The translations under genes were made by a program, and so were the position numbers. The notes under the pieces are model-generated. The model did not search any database. It saw only the letters and a program-made list of their open reading frames with translations, and had not been told where the DNA came from. Below, piece by piece: positions 38,531 through 48,104 of a stretch of DNA of 64,000 bases; within the stretch, counting starts at the first letter, position 1; each line of letters opens with the position of its first letter. The stretch comes from a virus, in IMG/VR virus record IMGVR_UViG_3300022752_002834, positions 54,292 to 118,291 of that record; one strand, 5' to 3'.

Positions 38531-40687
38531 TCAGATACGACTCAGAACATTAGACATATTTTCGGCAGACTCAATCGTGTCGATATAGTCAACCACAATC
38601 TTAACATCATTTTGACTAACACCACCATAGTATCCCATATTAGCAATTACCTTAAGCATAGGATACTTCTGTACAGCATCATCAAATCTCTTAGAAAACT
38701 TTGTGTTATCAATCTTTGCTGAAGACAAATCAACGCTATCACAATTCGGGATGATAGTGCTAATAGCACGAACAAGTTCCATTTCATAACGCATAGAAGT
38801 GATACGCTTCTCATACTCATTATACTCAGCGACAACCTTCTTTGCTTCATTGTCTGTTTTTGTGGCACTAAAAATGTTTGCAAACTTTTCATTTTTATGA
38901 GCCGACAAGCCGCAGCGAACGTTGCAGTCGATAATATCTTGCTTATGATCTGCAACAGCCTTGTTGAAAACTGTACGTACTACATCAACAGCATCACTCC
39001 AGTTCGAACGCTCTGCCAGTTTGCGATTCTTAATCACAGAAGGCTTAACGGCATAGAACATCATACCATCAACATCGTCTGGATAATGCTTATGCATATA
39101 ATTCAGAGCATTGGAGATATAATTCATATCGATATCCTTATATCCAAGAGTGATATTACCCTTCGATTCAGTGAAATAATAAGCATTCTCGTATTTTACG
39201 CTCATATTGCACTCTTCAAATCGACCGGTTTCTTCATTAAAGACTTGGATATGAACAGGCGGAAGACCATCACTAGAACCAGAATTAGTTCTATCGCAGG
39301 TGATCTTGGGCAAACTAGAAGTCAGCACAATATCATCCTTAGTCGCTCCACCAAGTATATCGTACAAACCGTTGTTGTCAACAGTCTCACCGTCCTTAAG
39401 TTTGTACACATAGCACTTTTGTTCATCACCATATGATTTTTGATTTTCACGCATGAATTGCTTGATACGGCTCAGACCGCCGCGATTCAAATCGTCAACA
39501 AACACCTTCATATCGCCAGTAAAGTTGACGAACTCAACATCTTTAGAGCTATTGATCTTCTTACGATAAGAAGACTTACTGAGGAATGTGAGTGAAAGCT
39601 TGTCCTTAACATTGATGCTCTCATTAATAATATTGTCGAAAAGCTTCTGGCCGTTCCAAGTAATAGACTTCTGAAGCGATTCAATAGCATTCTTGATAGA
39701 AGAACACTGATCGCTAATCTGAACATACTTGATACGAGCCTTATAAAGCGAAGGCTGGCTCTTAATCTGATCCTCAATCTTAGATGCAATTTCAGAAGTA
39801 ATACGATTAACGATGCTCTTGATATTGATCTTGGTATCCTTACTGTAGGATAGAGATTCACGACTAGGAGTAATATCGACATCGCCAATATTCACGAAGA
39901 TACGCAGACCGTCAGAATACTGGATGAATCGTGCTTCTTTGTTATCGCCGTCGCCCATGATTTGGAAATGATCAACGGGGTAAGCAATTTGACCCATGAT
40001 AATCAAGTTGTTATCAGCGTTGTCATCAAAATACCAACCATCACCAGCAAGAACCTTATCAATTTTACGGAAGGAGATCTTCTCGCCAATAAAGTTGGGC
40101 TTAACCTTGAAAAATTCGTACACCTTGGATGCTTCAGCATTGAACCTATTTACGTCGTTGGAATTAACTTGAATAGAAACTTTGATACCATTAGGTTCAG
40201 TTGTATCATTCTCATGCATAAGAGAAAACACGGGGCTTCCATCTTCATTCTTGTAGGCATTATAAATACGCTGCTTGCCATCAAGATAAGCCTCTACGGT
40301 AAAACTATCAGCATAAGCAAAGGGAGCCTTACTACCAAGACCAAGGCAACCAACGGCATCGTTGCTATTATTACGAGTACTACGGAAATACGTAGTATAA
40401 AGCTGCATACAGTTTTCATGATCCATGCTAGTGCCGTAGTCACGAATAAAGAAAACAGGATTCAAAGCGGTAGGAAGATGAACGTCGAACGCAACGTCAC
40501 GCTTTCCAGCGTCAACATGAGAATCGTAAGCATTAGTAGAAAGCTCACGAACAACTGCGAGAATCTTGTTAGAATACAGACCGTCAGAAAGAATAAAGAA
40601 AGCCTTGGAAGAAGCTTCGATGCTAAACTTAGACTCTTCGAAGTTACCAGACTTTTCAATGACGTTATTACCAGCGTGAAGTTTCAT
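38531..40687 (-). CDS. rIIA: rIIA-like protein (GHKL/HSP90-type ATPase N-terminus)
   Basis: LYSNKILAVVRELSTNAYDSH, RDYG, GLGSKAPFAY, TPSRESL. Confidence 0.9.
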   Translation of the reverse strand: MKLHAGNNVIEKSGNFEESKFSIEASSKAFFILSDGLYSNKILAVVRELSTNAYDSHVDAGKRDVAFDVHLPTALNPVFFIRDYGTSMDHENCMQLYTTYFRSTRNNSNDAVGCLGLGSKAPFAYADSFTVEAYLDGKQRIYNAYKNEDGSPVFSLMHENDTTEPNGIKVSIQVNSNDVNRFNAEASKVYEFFKVKPNFIGEKISFRKIDKVLAGDGWYFDDNADNNLIIMGQIAYPVDHFQIMGDGDNKEARFIQYSDGLRIFVNIGDVDITPSRESLSYSKDTKINIKSIVNRITSEIASKIEDQIKSQPSLYKARIKYVQISDQCSSIKNAIESLQKSITWNGQKLFDNIINESINVKDKLSLTFLSKSSYRKKINSSKDVEFVNFTGDMKVFVDDLNRGGLSRIKQFMRENQKSYGDEQKCYVYKLKDGETVDNNGLYDILGGATKDDIVLTSSLPKITCDRTNSGSSDGLPPVHIQVFNEETGRFEECNMSVKYENAYYFTESKGNITLGYKDIDMNYISNALNYMHKHYPDDVDGMMFYAVKPSVIKNRKLAERSNWSDAVDVVRTVFNKAVADHKQDIIDCNVRCGLSAHKNEKFANIFSATKTDNEAKKVVAEYNEYEKRITSMRYEMELVRAISTIIPNCDSVDLSSAKIDNTKFSKRFDDAVQKYPMLKVIANMGYYGGVSQNDVKIVVDYIDTIESAENMSNVLSRI

Positions 40688-40731
40688 AATGCAAAATCTC
40701 CTACAAGTGCTAAATTACTGAACGTGCTTCA

Positions 40732-40759
40732 AGTATACCAGATGTATCGGCACTGTCAA
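40732..40759 (-). promoter_or_regulatory. sigma70-like promoter for rIIA
   Basis: TTGACA-N16-TATACT with CCGATAC in the spacer. Confidence 0.7.
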
Positions 40760-41073
40760 GCGGTGTGCTTGAATTTTTTTTCTTCGATGCAAAAAACTAT
40801 TGGCGACAAAGAAAAATCTACCAGATTTCCATCTGCGTAATCATTCCATTCATCAAGAAAACTTTTAACCAAATTTATATCTTCTGTGCAATATCTATAG
40901 GATGTATAGTCATTTATTTCGTCGTTCCATACAATTATAGAATCATATCCAACTTCTACATTCCTTGGGTCATCTTTTAAGACTCTTGCAGAGCATAACT
41001 GTATGGGTGAAATATTGTTGCTTTTCATAGAGCGAACTATATCGCCTTCAAACATTTCTACTTTGATTTTCAT
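40756..41073 (-). CDS. Hypothetical protein
   Basis: Coupled to the thyX stop codon. Confidence 0.55.
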   Translation of the reverse strand: MKIKVEMFEGDIVRSMKSNNISPIQLCSARVLKDDPRNVEVGYDSIIVWNDEINDYTSYRYCTEDINLVKSFLDEWNDYADGNLVDFSLSPIVFCIEEKKFKHTA

Positions 41074-41705
41074 TTCCAGCCTAAAGCCTCCGAAACTATG
41101 GGGAATTGCTGAACAAAAATATCCTTGATTCCATTTGCTATATCCATATGTTCTTTCTGAGTTCCATTAGATGATCTAAGATTTATGTAATGAATCCATG
41201 ATCTAATGCTCCCTGTCATATAAAGTCTGGTTGGTGTTGCTAATGGAAGTACAAATCTTGCACATTCTTTTGCTATTCCATCCTTTAGCATACCTTCGTA
41301 CAATGCGACAGACTTAGAAAAGTGTTCCCTTATCTTACTTCGCCACTTTGCTTTTGTTTCTATCGATACATCATCTACACTATTCTGTCTGTTTTTAGAA
41401 TCTTGACTTCTCAATTCAAATAGCGGTATATCTTCCATCAATAGTGTGGCATCGGCATATCTTTGGCTAAATTCTTGAAATGTAAAACTTCTATGCCTCA
41501 ATATTTGAGCGGCTATACCTCTAGAAGTATTTATTTCTACTGTCATATATCCTTGCTCAAAGATACTCCAGTGTTCGTGCTTGATACAATAAGCGATTAG
41601 CTTTGAGTATTCATCATTGTCTTGATTATTTGGATTACTTACTCTAGCACAATATGCTATTAATTTTTCAGCGTCTGGTGTTGTAGATACTAGTTTAATA
41701 GACAT
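41070..41705 (-). CDS. thyX: Flavin-dependent thymidylate synthase
   Basis: HWSIFEQ, QILRHRSFTFQEFSQRY, ECARFVLP, QKEH. Confidence 0.96.
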   Translation of the reverse strand: MSIKLVSTTPDAEKLIAYCARVSNPNNQDNDEYSKLIAYCIKHEHWSIFEQGYMTVEINTSRGIAAQILRHRSFTFQEFSQRYADATLLMEDIPLFELRSQDSKNRQNSVDDVSIETKAKWRSKIREHFSKSVALYEGMLKDGIAKECARFVLPLATPTRLYMTGSIRSWIHYINLRSSNGTQKEHMDIANGIKDIFVQQFPIVSEALGWK

Positions 41706-41759
41706 TTATTCTCCAGTTTCAAATTTGAGTTTCATCAATCTATTGTAGCGTCAAGATGT

Positions 41760-42530
41760 TTATTTGTCAATCTTCTTTTTTCTTTTCTCAATTATTTCTT
41801 TTATCCATCCTACATATTTGCTTACTCTAGTATGACCCGCTTCATCACCATACATAGATTTTGGCGCTTTTCCTTCTGCCATAACGCAAGAATTTATACC
41901 AGCTAATTTTCCGTTAATGAAAAGTCCTCCACCGCTGTCTCCGCTGGCTATCATAAATTCTAATTCAGTTCTTCCATCTCGTATTGTTCTACTTGGTGTG
42001 CATATAAGTAGATCTCCAGAAATACTATCTATTGTATTTGATCCGGCCCTCTTTTTACCGTCTGATATTTTTTGACCCTCAAGAAAGGTTCCAGTTAATC
42101 CATATCCAGATATGCAACAAATTTTGCCAACCTCATCTTCTGTTTCATATAGTGGTGGGTAGAAATCCAATTCTAAAGGTTCAACTAGATGGCATAATGC
42201 TATATCAGCAACGCCAAAAGATCCATTAAAATCTTTATGCCATATTATTTCATCTGTTAATATTACTGTGGAATCTTTTACATGAACCCCACAATGTTTT
42301 ACTCCTTTTACAACATGAGCGGCTGTTATTATCCATTCTGGATCAATTACTACAGCAGATGCACAAAATAACTTATTATCTTCAGAAAGACCGCATATAC
42401 TCAAAACATATTCAAACTTATTCCCATACTCAACATACTTATTGTCATTCGTTAGTGGGTCTGTTGTTCCGGCAAATAAAGAAGAAGCTATTAATAAGAA
42501 AGAAAACACTGTTTTAGTTAGACTTATCAT
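41760..42530 (-). CDS. Trypsin-like (S1) serine protease with signal peptide
   Basis: Catalytic triad TAAHV, DIAL, GDSGG; hydrophobic N-terminus. Confidence 0.9.
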   Translation of the reverse strand: MISLTKTVFSFLLIASSLFAGTTDPLTNDNKYVEYGNKFEYVLSICGLSEDNKLFCASAVVIDPEWIITAAHVVKGVKHCGVHVKDSTVILTDEIIWHKDFNGSFGVADIALCHLVEPLELDFYPPLYETEDEVGKICCISGYGLTGTFLEGQKISDGKKRAGSNTIDSISGDLLICTPSRTIRDGRTELEFMIASGDSGGGLFINGKLAGINSCVMAEGKAPKSMYGDEAGHTRVSKYVGWIKEIIEKRKKKIDK

Positions 42531-42837
42531 GATATGGCCTCATTTTGATTTTAGATAAATATAGCTCAGAATCTTCCTCAACGTTTGGATTCCAACTTTT
42601 ATAATCCATCAAATGGCCGAACATTAGGTGACAAGTTTTACCGCATAATGTTATTAAATTATTTGGATCAAGTTCTTTAGAGGGGTCTTTATGCACTGGT
42701 ATAATATGATGAACTTCAAGATCTTCTTTTCTGCCACAAGCTTGACAATATGGTTGATATTTTATATGTTCTTTTCGTACATCGCTCCATTTTGGCGATC
42801 TTTTATCAAAAAACAGAGATTTGAAAAGTGCAAACAT
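42514..42837 (-). CDS. Small HNH endonuclease
   Basis: CQACG...EVHHIIP...NLITLC...CH...H. Confidence 0.88.
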   Translation of the reverse strand: MFALFKSLFFDKRSPKWSDVRKEHIKYQPYCQACGRKEDLEVHHIIPVHKDPSKELDPNNLITLCGKTCHLMFGHLMDYKSWNPNVEEDSELYLSKIKMRPYHDKSN

Positions 42838-42876
42838 TATTATCTCATAATATTATGTAACCATTATTATACACTT

Positions 42877-43401
42877 TTATGCATCTAGTTTATTCCTAAA
42901 CACTATAGAATACCTATTGTTTTCTACTGGTAATATAGAATGTCGCCACTGCCAACGAATAGTATCTTTCATTTGTATCAGCATTTTAGGCGCTAATATC
43001 AATTCAAAATGCTCTTTTCCATTAGAAAACTTCATTGTTGCTGATGAATTTAAACTTAGTATAGTGACTATTGGCCCACTAGCGGCTCGATCAATATGTG
43101 GATGAATAAAATCTCCAGTTAAATATTCGTTAATATTGATGGTATCTGGCTTATATTTTACTATATTGTTTTCTACTAATTTTGAGCAAATTATATCTAT
43201 ATTTGGTGGAATTAAGTTGCTAATATGATTATTTTCACACATTGATTTATCACCATACCTTAGAACTTTATTTCTATGAATATATCTGGATGAATAATGC
43301 GTGGATAATTCTAATAAAATCTCTTGCATAATAATATTATGATCTTCGTCAGAAATAAAGTCATAATATGTATTTAGCCCTATATTTGTGTAATTTATCA
43401 T
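42877..43401 (-). CDS. AlkB-like 2OG-Fe(II) oxygenase
   Basis: INEY, HxD (HID), LSL, HSI, RYSIVFR. Confidence 0.85.
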   Translation of the reverse strand: MINYTNIGLNTYYDFISDEDHNIIMQEILLELSTHYSSRYIHRNKVLRYGDKSMCENNHISNLIPPNIDIICSKLVENNIVKYKPDTININEYLTGDFIHPHIDRAASGPIVTILSLNSSATMKFSNGKEHFELILAPKMLIQMKDTIRWQWRHSILPVENNRYSIVFRNKLDA

Positions 43402-43467
43402 AATTTTTTAGTTTAGTGTATATCTAGATAGTGGCATATTTTCACAGGTTTATATGGAGATCAAATT

Positions 43468-43818
43468 ATGGCCTATTATTCTGATCCAGCAAATCTTTTC
43501 CCCGGTTATACTACGAATGAAGGGGCTGACGCTTGTTTTCCAACCGAGTATTTACCAACATGCTCTGGTGATTCTAACAATTTAAATGATATTAAAGAGA
43601 TTCTTTTTTCCTTACTATCTGTGATTGATAATGATTATGCTAGTTTGCCAGCATATTCAAGTGGCGTTGGTGTTTCGACTAAAGCTAAAAATTTTAGTAT
43701 TAATTCACAGTTAACTGCTACCGGCGGGGAAACAACTCAAAAAACATTTACCGTATCATTCATTACTAATTCACCCATTACAGATGTGGTGGATGAACCA
43801 GAATACAATCCCGACTGA
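43468..43818 (+). CDS. Hypothetical protein (isolated plus-strand gene)
   Basis: GGAG RBS, GTGTATA upstream, terminator downstream. Confidence 0.75.
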   Translation: MAYYSDPANLFPGYTTNEGADACFPTEYLPTCSGDSNNLNDIKEILFSLLSVIDNDYASLPAYSSGVGVSTKAKNFSINSQLTATGGETTQKTFTVSFITNSPITDVVDEPEYNPD

Positions 43819-43850
43819 TATTAATCAATAAATAGTTAGTTATGATATTG

Positions 43851-43879
43851 AACCCCCAATATAATGTTGGGGGTTTTTT
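43851..43879. terminator. Terminator between the plus-strand gene and the convergent tmRNA
   Basis: AACCCCCAA/TTGGGGGTT stem followed by a T tract. Confidence 0.75.
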
Positions 43880-43890
43880 ATTATACATAG

Positions 43891-44243
43891 TGGAGGCGAG
43901 GGGAGTCGAACCCCTGTCTTGCGATATGTCTAACTATATCTTCTACAAGTTTATTTTGTTCATAAGTTTTGAGAAAGATTAAAGAACAAACAACATTTAT
44001 CTTTCCGTACCAACTAATCTCAGGCTAGAACCCGTTGGCTATTCTAACAGCCGAAGGATTTTACGACAATCTTTTGAACGCTACCTTCATCGCTTTCTAA
44101 GATTGTTGCTACTTTTTATTAAGCAGCAAGAGCTAACTGAGTTTCGCCAGTTAAAGCGTTTAATCGACTTTTAAAGTGGCCGGTCGATCAACCACTACTT
44201 GCTGATATAATCTTCTATATCCAATCGATACCGTTACGCCCCC
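43891..44243 (-). ncRNA. ssrA: tmRNA; tag peptide (A)GETQLALAA
   Basis: 5' GGGGGCG pairs with 3' CGCCTCC-A, including the G3:U alanine identity pair; GGTTCGACTCC T arm; tag ORF 44148..44119 with tandem TAA stops. Confidence 0.93.
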
Positions 44244-44578
44244 TATTTTAGAAAGTTAATTAAATCACTAGGTCCACGATAACCGTTATATCTTTTTAGT
44301 TCTTTTCCATCTTGAAAAACTATAAATGTTGGTATAGATTTTATCTTGTGACCGTCGATTATATCCTTATCTTTATCAAAGTCAAGCACAATAACATCGT
44401 ATTGTTTTATAATCTCTGATAAGGATGGATCAGAATTTAGATCATTTTTGGCAGTGATACAATATTTGCACCAGTTAGCACTAAAAAATAGTAAAGTTTT
44501 TGTTGAGTCTTTTGCGTAACAAAATAGAGTAGCACAGGATATTAAAAACGATAGTAGAAATACTTTGGAATTATTCAT
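44243..44578 (-). CDS. Thioredoxin-like protein with signal peptide
   Basis: FSANWCKYC, SIPT; N-terminal signal peptide. Confidence 0.85.
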   Translation of the reverse strand: MNNSKVFLLSFLISCATLFCYAKDSTKTLLFFSANWCKYCITAKNDLNSDPSLSEIIKQYDVIVLDFDKDKDIIDGHKIKSIPTFIVFQDGKELKRYNGYRGPSDLINFLK

Positions 44579-44618
44579 GGCTTTCTCCTTGGGAATTTGC
44601 CACTAATATATACACAAA

Positions 44619-44816
44619 TTAACTTTTATCTTTTCCACACCATTCTGGAAAATCAGTAATTTCTAAATTTCCCAATAGAAGCATGGAGGGTTTAGTAGCA
44701 AGATTACGAATAGCATAACATTTGTTATTATCAGTATCATGCCCACAGTCTATAATATCGTATTCTGTTACGCTGTGTAGCATTTTAATCAATTGTTGTA
44801 TAGTTAGAGTATTCAT
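44619..44816 (-). CDS. Hypothetical protein
   Basis: Small ORF. Confidence 0.5.
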   Translation of the reverse strand: MNTLTIQQLIKMLHSVTEYDIIDCGHDTDNNKCYAIRNLATKPSMLLLGNLEITDFPEWCGKDKS

Positions 44817-44967
44817 TCTACCTCATAAAGTTCTGGAAAAAGGTCAAGATATAAATCAGCAAACGGGGCGTTAACCCCATCGTTGATTTGTAATCCATAA
44901 ATAGGACACTCAGAGTTTTGTTCTTCGGAATTTGTCATATAATTTATTGAATACAAACAGTATAAAA

Positions 44968-45126
44968 TTAGCGAGCAGAATACCCAGAGATATTTCTAAT
45001 ACCTTCAGTAGATTCATGATTATATTTAGGTTTCTTATAGCCGAGAAATATTTGACTTGTAATTACGCCCATGCCAGCTATTAGAGTAACTGCAACTCCG
45101 ACACAAAAAATAACAATATTACTCAT
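44968..45126 (-). CDS. Small single-TM protein
   Basis: MSNIVIFCVGVAVTLIAGMG...; the ATG overlaps the upstream stop. This is shorter than the track ORF. Confidence 0.5.
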   Translation of the reverse strand: MSNIVIFCVGVAVTLIAGMGVITSQIFLGYKKPKYNHESTEGIRNISGYSAR

Positions 45127-45277
45127 TAGAGAGATTTCCCAAAGATAGAATACTAGGAACCCACAATCCAACAAAAATAGCTTGATCTCTTGATAGATCG
45201 GTATCACCCATAAACCAAAGACTAACGCTAAAAACAAAACTAGCAAAAGCGGCCACAAGAAAATAATACTTACTCAT
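45119..45277 (-). CDS. Small two-TM protein (52 aa, not in the ORF track)
   Basis: MSKYYFLVAAFASFVFSVSLWFMG...AIFVGLWVPSILSLG, translated manually. Confidence 0.55.
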   Translation of the reverse strand: MSKYYFLVAAFASFVFSVSLWFMGDTDLSRDQAIFVGLWVPSILSLGNLSNE

Positions 45278-45307
45278 ATCTATTCCTATCTATTTGTAAA
45301 AGTTTAA

Positions 45308-45532
45308 TTAAGCCCTACCATCTTTAATCATATTTAAAAGTTCCACAACATATCGTGCTGTATCTGGAACATTATTTCCACCAAGATAATAACTACCAAC
45401 AAAATCATACATACGTTGTAGATTGTTGTCCTTGGTGAACTCACTATAGTATTCTGAACCATACTCCATGTAAATGTATGATCCAACACTATCTAAAAAA
45501 CTTGAGATTTGTCGATAAATTTCTGTGTTCAC
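45308..45532 (-). CDS. Hypothetical protein
   Basis: Small ORF in operon. Confidence 0.5.
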   Translation of the reverse strand: MNTEIYRQISSFLDSVGSYIYMEYGSEYYSEFTKDNNLQRMYDFVGSYYLGGNNVPDTARYVVELLNMIKDGRA

Positions 45533-45786
45533 AAATAAGTATCCATTTTAGCGTCTTGGTCGGTATAGTCGCAATCTCTATATTGATCCAGTTTAAAACA
45601 TTGGGTCATTGTGTCCATTAACTTATTTGTTTGGAGCGTAAGCAACACATTGATGCCCTGCAAAGCATTTACAATCTCATCTTTCTCTAAGTCATATTCA
45701 AGAATTCCCTCTCTCAATGTTTCAAGATTTACCGAGAGAGAATACAGTGAGGAGATTTCATCCTCAAGATCAAATCGGTCTTTCAT
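45529..45786 (-). CDS. Hypothetical protein, paralogue of 54697..54927
   Basis: DRFDLED...KDEI..AL.G...KLDQY is shared with 54697..54927. Confidence 0.65.
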   Translation of the reverse strand: MKDRFDLEDEISSLYSLSVNLETLREGILEYDLEKDEIVNALQGINVLLTLQTNKLMDTMTQCFKLDQYRDCDYTDQDAKMDTYL

Positions 45787-46453
45787 ATTTTATCTCCACA
45801 ATTCCAGAATTAATAGTAATAAAAGAACAGGAATTTTCTGTCCAACAGCCACAGTTATGGTATTGTACCATATCAGATAGTTTTGTCAATACTGAGTGTG
45901 TATGTCCACAAATAACAATATCACAATCTTTATCTTTACAGTATTGTATTGCACGATCTGCTATTTGTTCTGAACATCGTAAAAATGTTTTGCTATTTCT
46001 TTTGGCTAAATTAGAATAGTAGTATTCATTGTTGTGAAATCTATCGTATCTCTGAATAAGTCTATAAATTTTATCAGCAAACTTTGTGAATATTGGATAC
46101 TTTGAAATGAAGTTGTCAAAAATGTCTCCATGTAGAATAATTATCTTTTTATCTCCGCTATCAGTAAAATATTCATCAACAAAATCCACACCAATAAGAT
46201 GGCTAACTAATTCTGCTGGCCCATCGTGATTACCACTAATCCAAACTACCTTTATGTTATCGGATAGTTGACGCAGTTTCTTTAGTATTTTCCAGTGATC
46301 CTTGCGTAATCGTCTAAAATCCCAACTATCAAATAAGTCACCATTAATAATTAGCGTTTGAGTTGATACTTTGTCAAGAAATTTACATAGTTTTTCCACC
46401 TGACAAACATCACTACCCAAATGAATGTCACTAATTATAACAATTTCATTCAT
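45770..46453 (-). CDS. Calcineurin-like metallophosphoesterase (LpxH-like)
   Basis: SDIHLG, GDLFD, GNHD, HGD, GHTH, NCGCW. Confidence 0.88.
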   Translation of the reverse strand: MNEIVIISDIHLGSDVCQVEKLCKFLDKVSTQTLIINGDLFDSWDFRRLRKDHWKILKKLRQLSDNIKVVWISGNHDGPAELVSHLIGVDFVDEYFTDSGDKKIIILHGDIFDNFISKYPIFTKFADKIYRLIQRYDRFHNNEYYYSNLAKRNSKTFLRCSEQIADRAIQYCKDKDCDIVICGHTHSVLTKLSDMVQYHNCGCWTENSCSFITINSGIVEIKYERPI

Positions 46454-46626
46454 CGTGATTTTTTAATCAGCCATTCAACACAAGAAATTAGCATTTCGCA
46501 GCATACGAAATAGAAGATTATATTCTGTATCATTTTACTTTTGTACTACCTTTAATGTATCTTTGAGAATAAGGACAGTGAACACATTTTCTACCACAGC
46601 AAACTTTTCTACTAATAAGAAATTCT

Positions 46627-46848
46627 CTACTTAGTGGTTGGGTCATTCCACGCTCTTTCTAAGTAATCTAGAGTAAATCTTACTGTTCCATCATCGTAAA
46701 AACAATCGTAGTCTCCACCGGATATTTCTTTGTACTTTTCGGGCCAAACTTGATGTAGTACATTCATAACAGTTTGACCATGACGAAGTTCAAATTCATT
46801 TTCGTAATAAACTTTATCAACGCGATTTAAGAATTGTTCAAAAGTCAT
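46627..46848 (-). CDS. Hypothetical protein
   Basis: Small ORF. Confidence 0.55.
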   Translation of the reverse strand: MTFEQFLNRVDKVYYENEFELRHGQTVMNVLHQVWPEKYKEISGGDYDCFYDDGTVRFTLDYLERAWNDPTTK

Positions 46849-47011
46849 ACGAACAACCTATCTTGTAGTAATTCTTTAACTGTTTCTGTTACATTGATTC
46901 CATTAACAGTAATATCATTACTTCCACCCTTAATTGGATTGGAAGGCATTTTTTCAGCAACCCTATTGTATAACCAGAGTATAACAAATTTTTGTTCTTT
47001 TGTTAAATCAC

Positions 47012-47293
47012 TCATAGGTATTCAATCCCTTCTAATGGATCATTATCGTAAGGATATTTGAATGGCCCCAAAACCTTACATCTTTTCTCTTTGATAAAGT
47101 TTATCACATCAACGAAACAATTTTCACAAATATCAATGTCATATTTATAACCATCATGTATACTACCATATCCCCAACAAGCACTAAGTTCAGCCCATGA
47201 TGGCCCCATATTCATTGTGGTTGCTGATTTTCCGCAAACATCACAATTAACATCATCAATCTCTTGAACGATTTTATCTTTCAAAGTTTTCAT
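47012..47293 (-). CDS. Hypothetical zinc-binding protein
   Basis: CDVC...WGYGS.HDG...CENC. Confidence 0.6.
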   Translation of the reverse strand: MKTLKDKIVQEIDDVNCDVCGKSATTMNMGPSWAELSACWGYGSIHDGYKYDIDICENCFVDVINFIKEKRCKVLGPFKYPYDNDPLEGIEYL

Positions 47294-47511
47294 TTATTGT
47301 ACCAAGTTACGTCTTTGTATTTGGGATAATCGACCGGCCAATACTTTTTGTCTGTATTGTCTGGTGGATAATATGGTCTAGAGTATTGTAATTGCTCAAC
47401 CTTTTGAATCAACTCCTTAACCTTTTGCTCAAGATTAACTAGTGATTCTAAAACCACATCAATCTTTTGTTTTTTAGGTTTATTTTTGATCTTTTTCTTT
47501 TTCATGTTCAC
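47290..47511 (-). CDS. Hypothetical protein
   Basis: Small ORF. Confidence 0.45.
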   Translation of the reverse strand: MNMKKKKIKNKPKKQKIDVVLESLVNLEQKVKELIQKVEQLQYSRPYYPPDNTDKKYWPVDYPKYKDVTWYNK

Positions 47512-47632
47512 ATAGCCTTAATATTGATCCATCTTTAAATTGTAGAGTAAGAGTTTCTGGTTTAGAGAAAGACAGAATATAACTAACAATATTTTTGTGT
47601 TGACGTAAAATTTCTAGTAACTTATCCATAAA

Positions 47633-47839
47633 CTACCAGTGGTGAATAACATTTGCAATAATAAAAGCACAAGTAATAAAATTGACCAATATAATACTCA
47701 ACTTAATAGCGAACGCTGTCCATGCCTCATACTGAGTTAAAATAGGAATGTCGGGAGCATCATAATCATCTTTACCAACCCTATGATCTATTGCCCTTGC
47801 TAAGATTAGAAGTTTTCTATTCATTAGATTTATGTTCAA
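47633..47839 (-). CDS. Small membrane protein
   Basis: C-terminal TM ending ANVIHHW. Confidence 0.55.
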   Translation of the reverse strand: MNINLMNRKLLILARAIDHRVGKDDYDAPDIPILTQYEAWTAFAIKLSIILVNFITCAFIIANVIHHW

Positions 47840-47999
47840 GTTTAAGAATCATATCGTTGTAATCTCTTGTGACTTTTAGTATTTCTAATTTGAGAATACA
47901 GTCTGTTAAATCTCCATGTTTTGATATTAAGTTCTGAACTATCTTAAGAAACTTATTAGCTTCTATTTGTTGATTTAATGATAAATATGTGCTACTCAT
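47817..47999 (-). CDS. Hypothetical protein
   Basis: Small ORF. Confidence 0.45.
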   Translation of the reverse strand: MSSTYLSLNQQIEANKFLKIVQNLISKHGDLTDCILKLEILKVTRDYNDMILKLEHKSNE

Positions 48000-48104
48000 C
48001 TATTGAACCATATGTGTGGGTCAAGTATGTATACATAGATAAGTACGACATTACTATAATTCCTATAATTAGATCGCCATGCTGATCAAAGTATCCTAAA
48101 TCAC

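Noticed and set aside
37672-40840. Long plus-strand ORFs (37672..38529, 38897..39436, 39962..40840)
   Set aside because: Antisense shadows of rIIB/rIIA caused by codon bias; Ile/Thr/Asn-rich with no motifs.
44968-45258. 96-aa ORF as a single gene
   Set aside because: Better explained as two coupled small membrane genes, 45119..45277 and 44968..45126.
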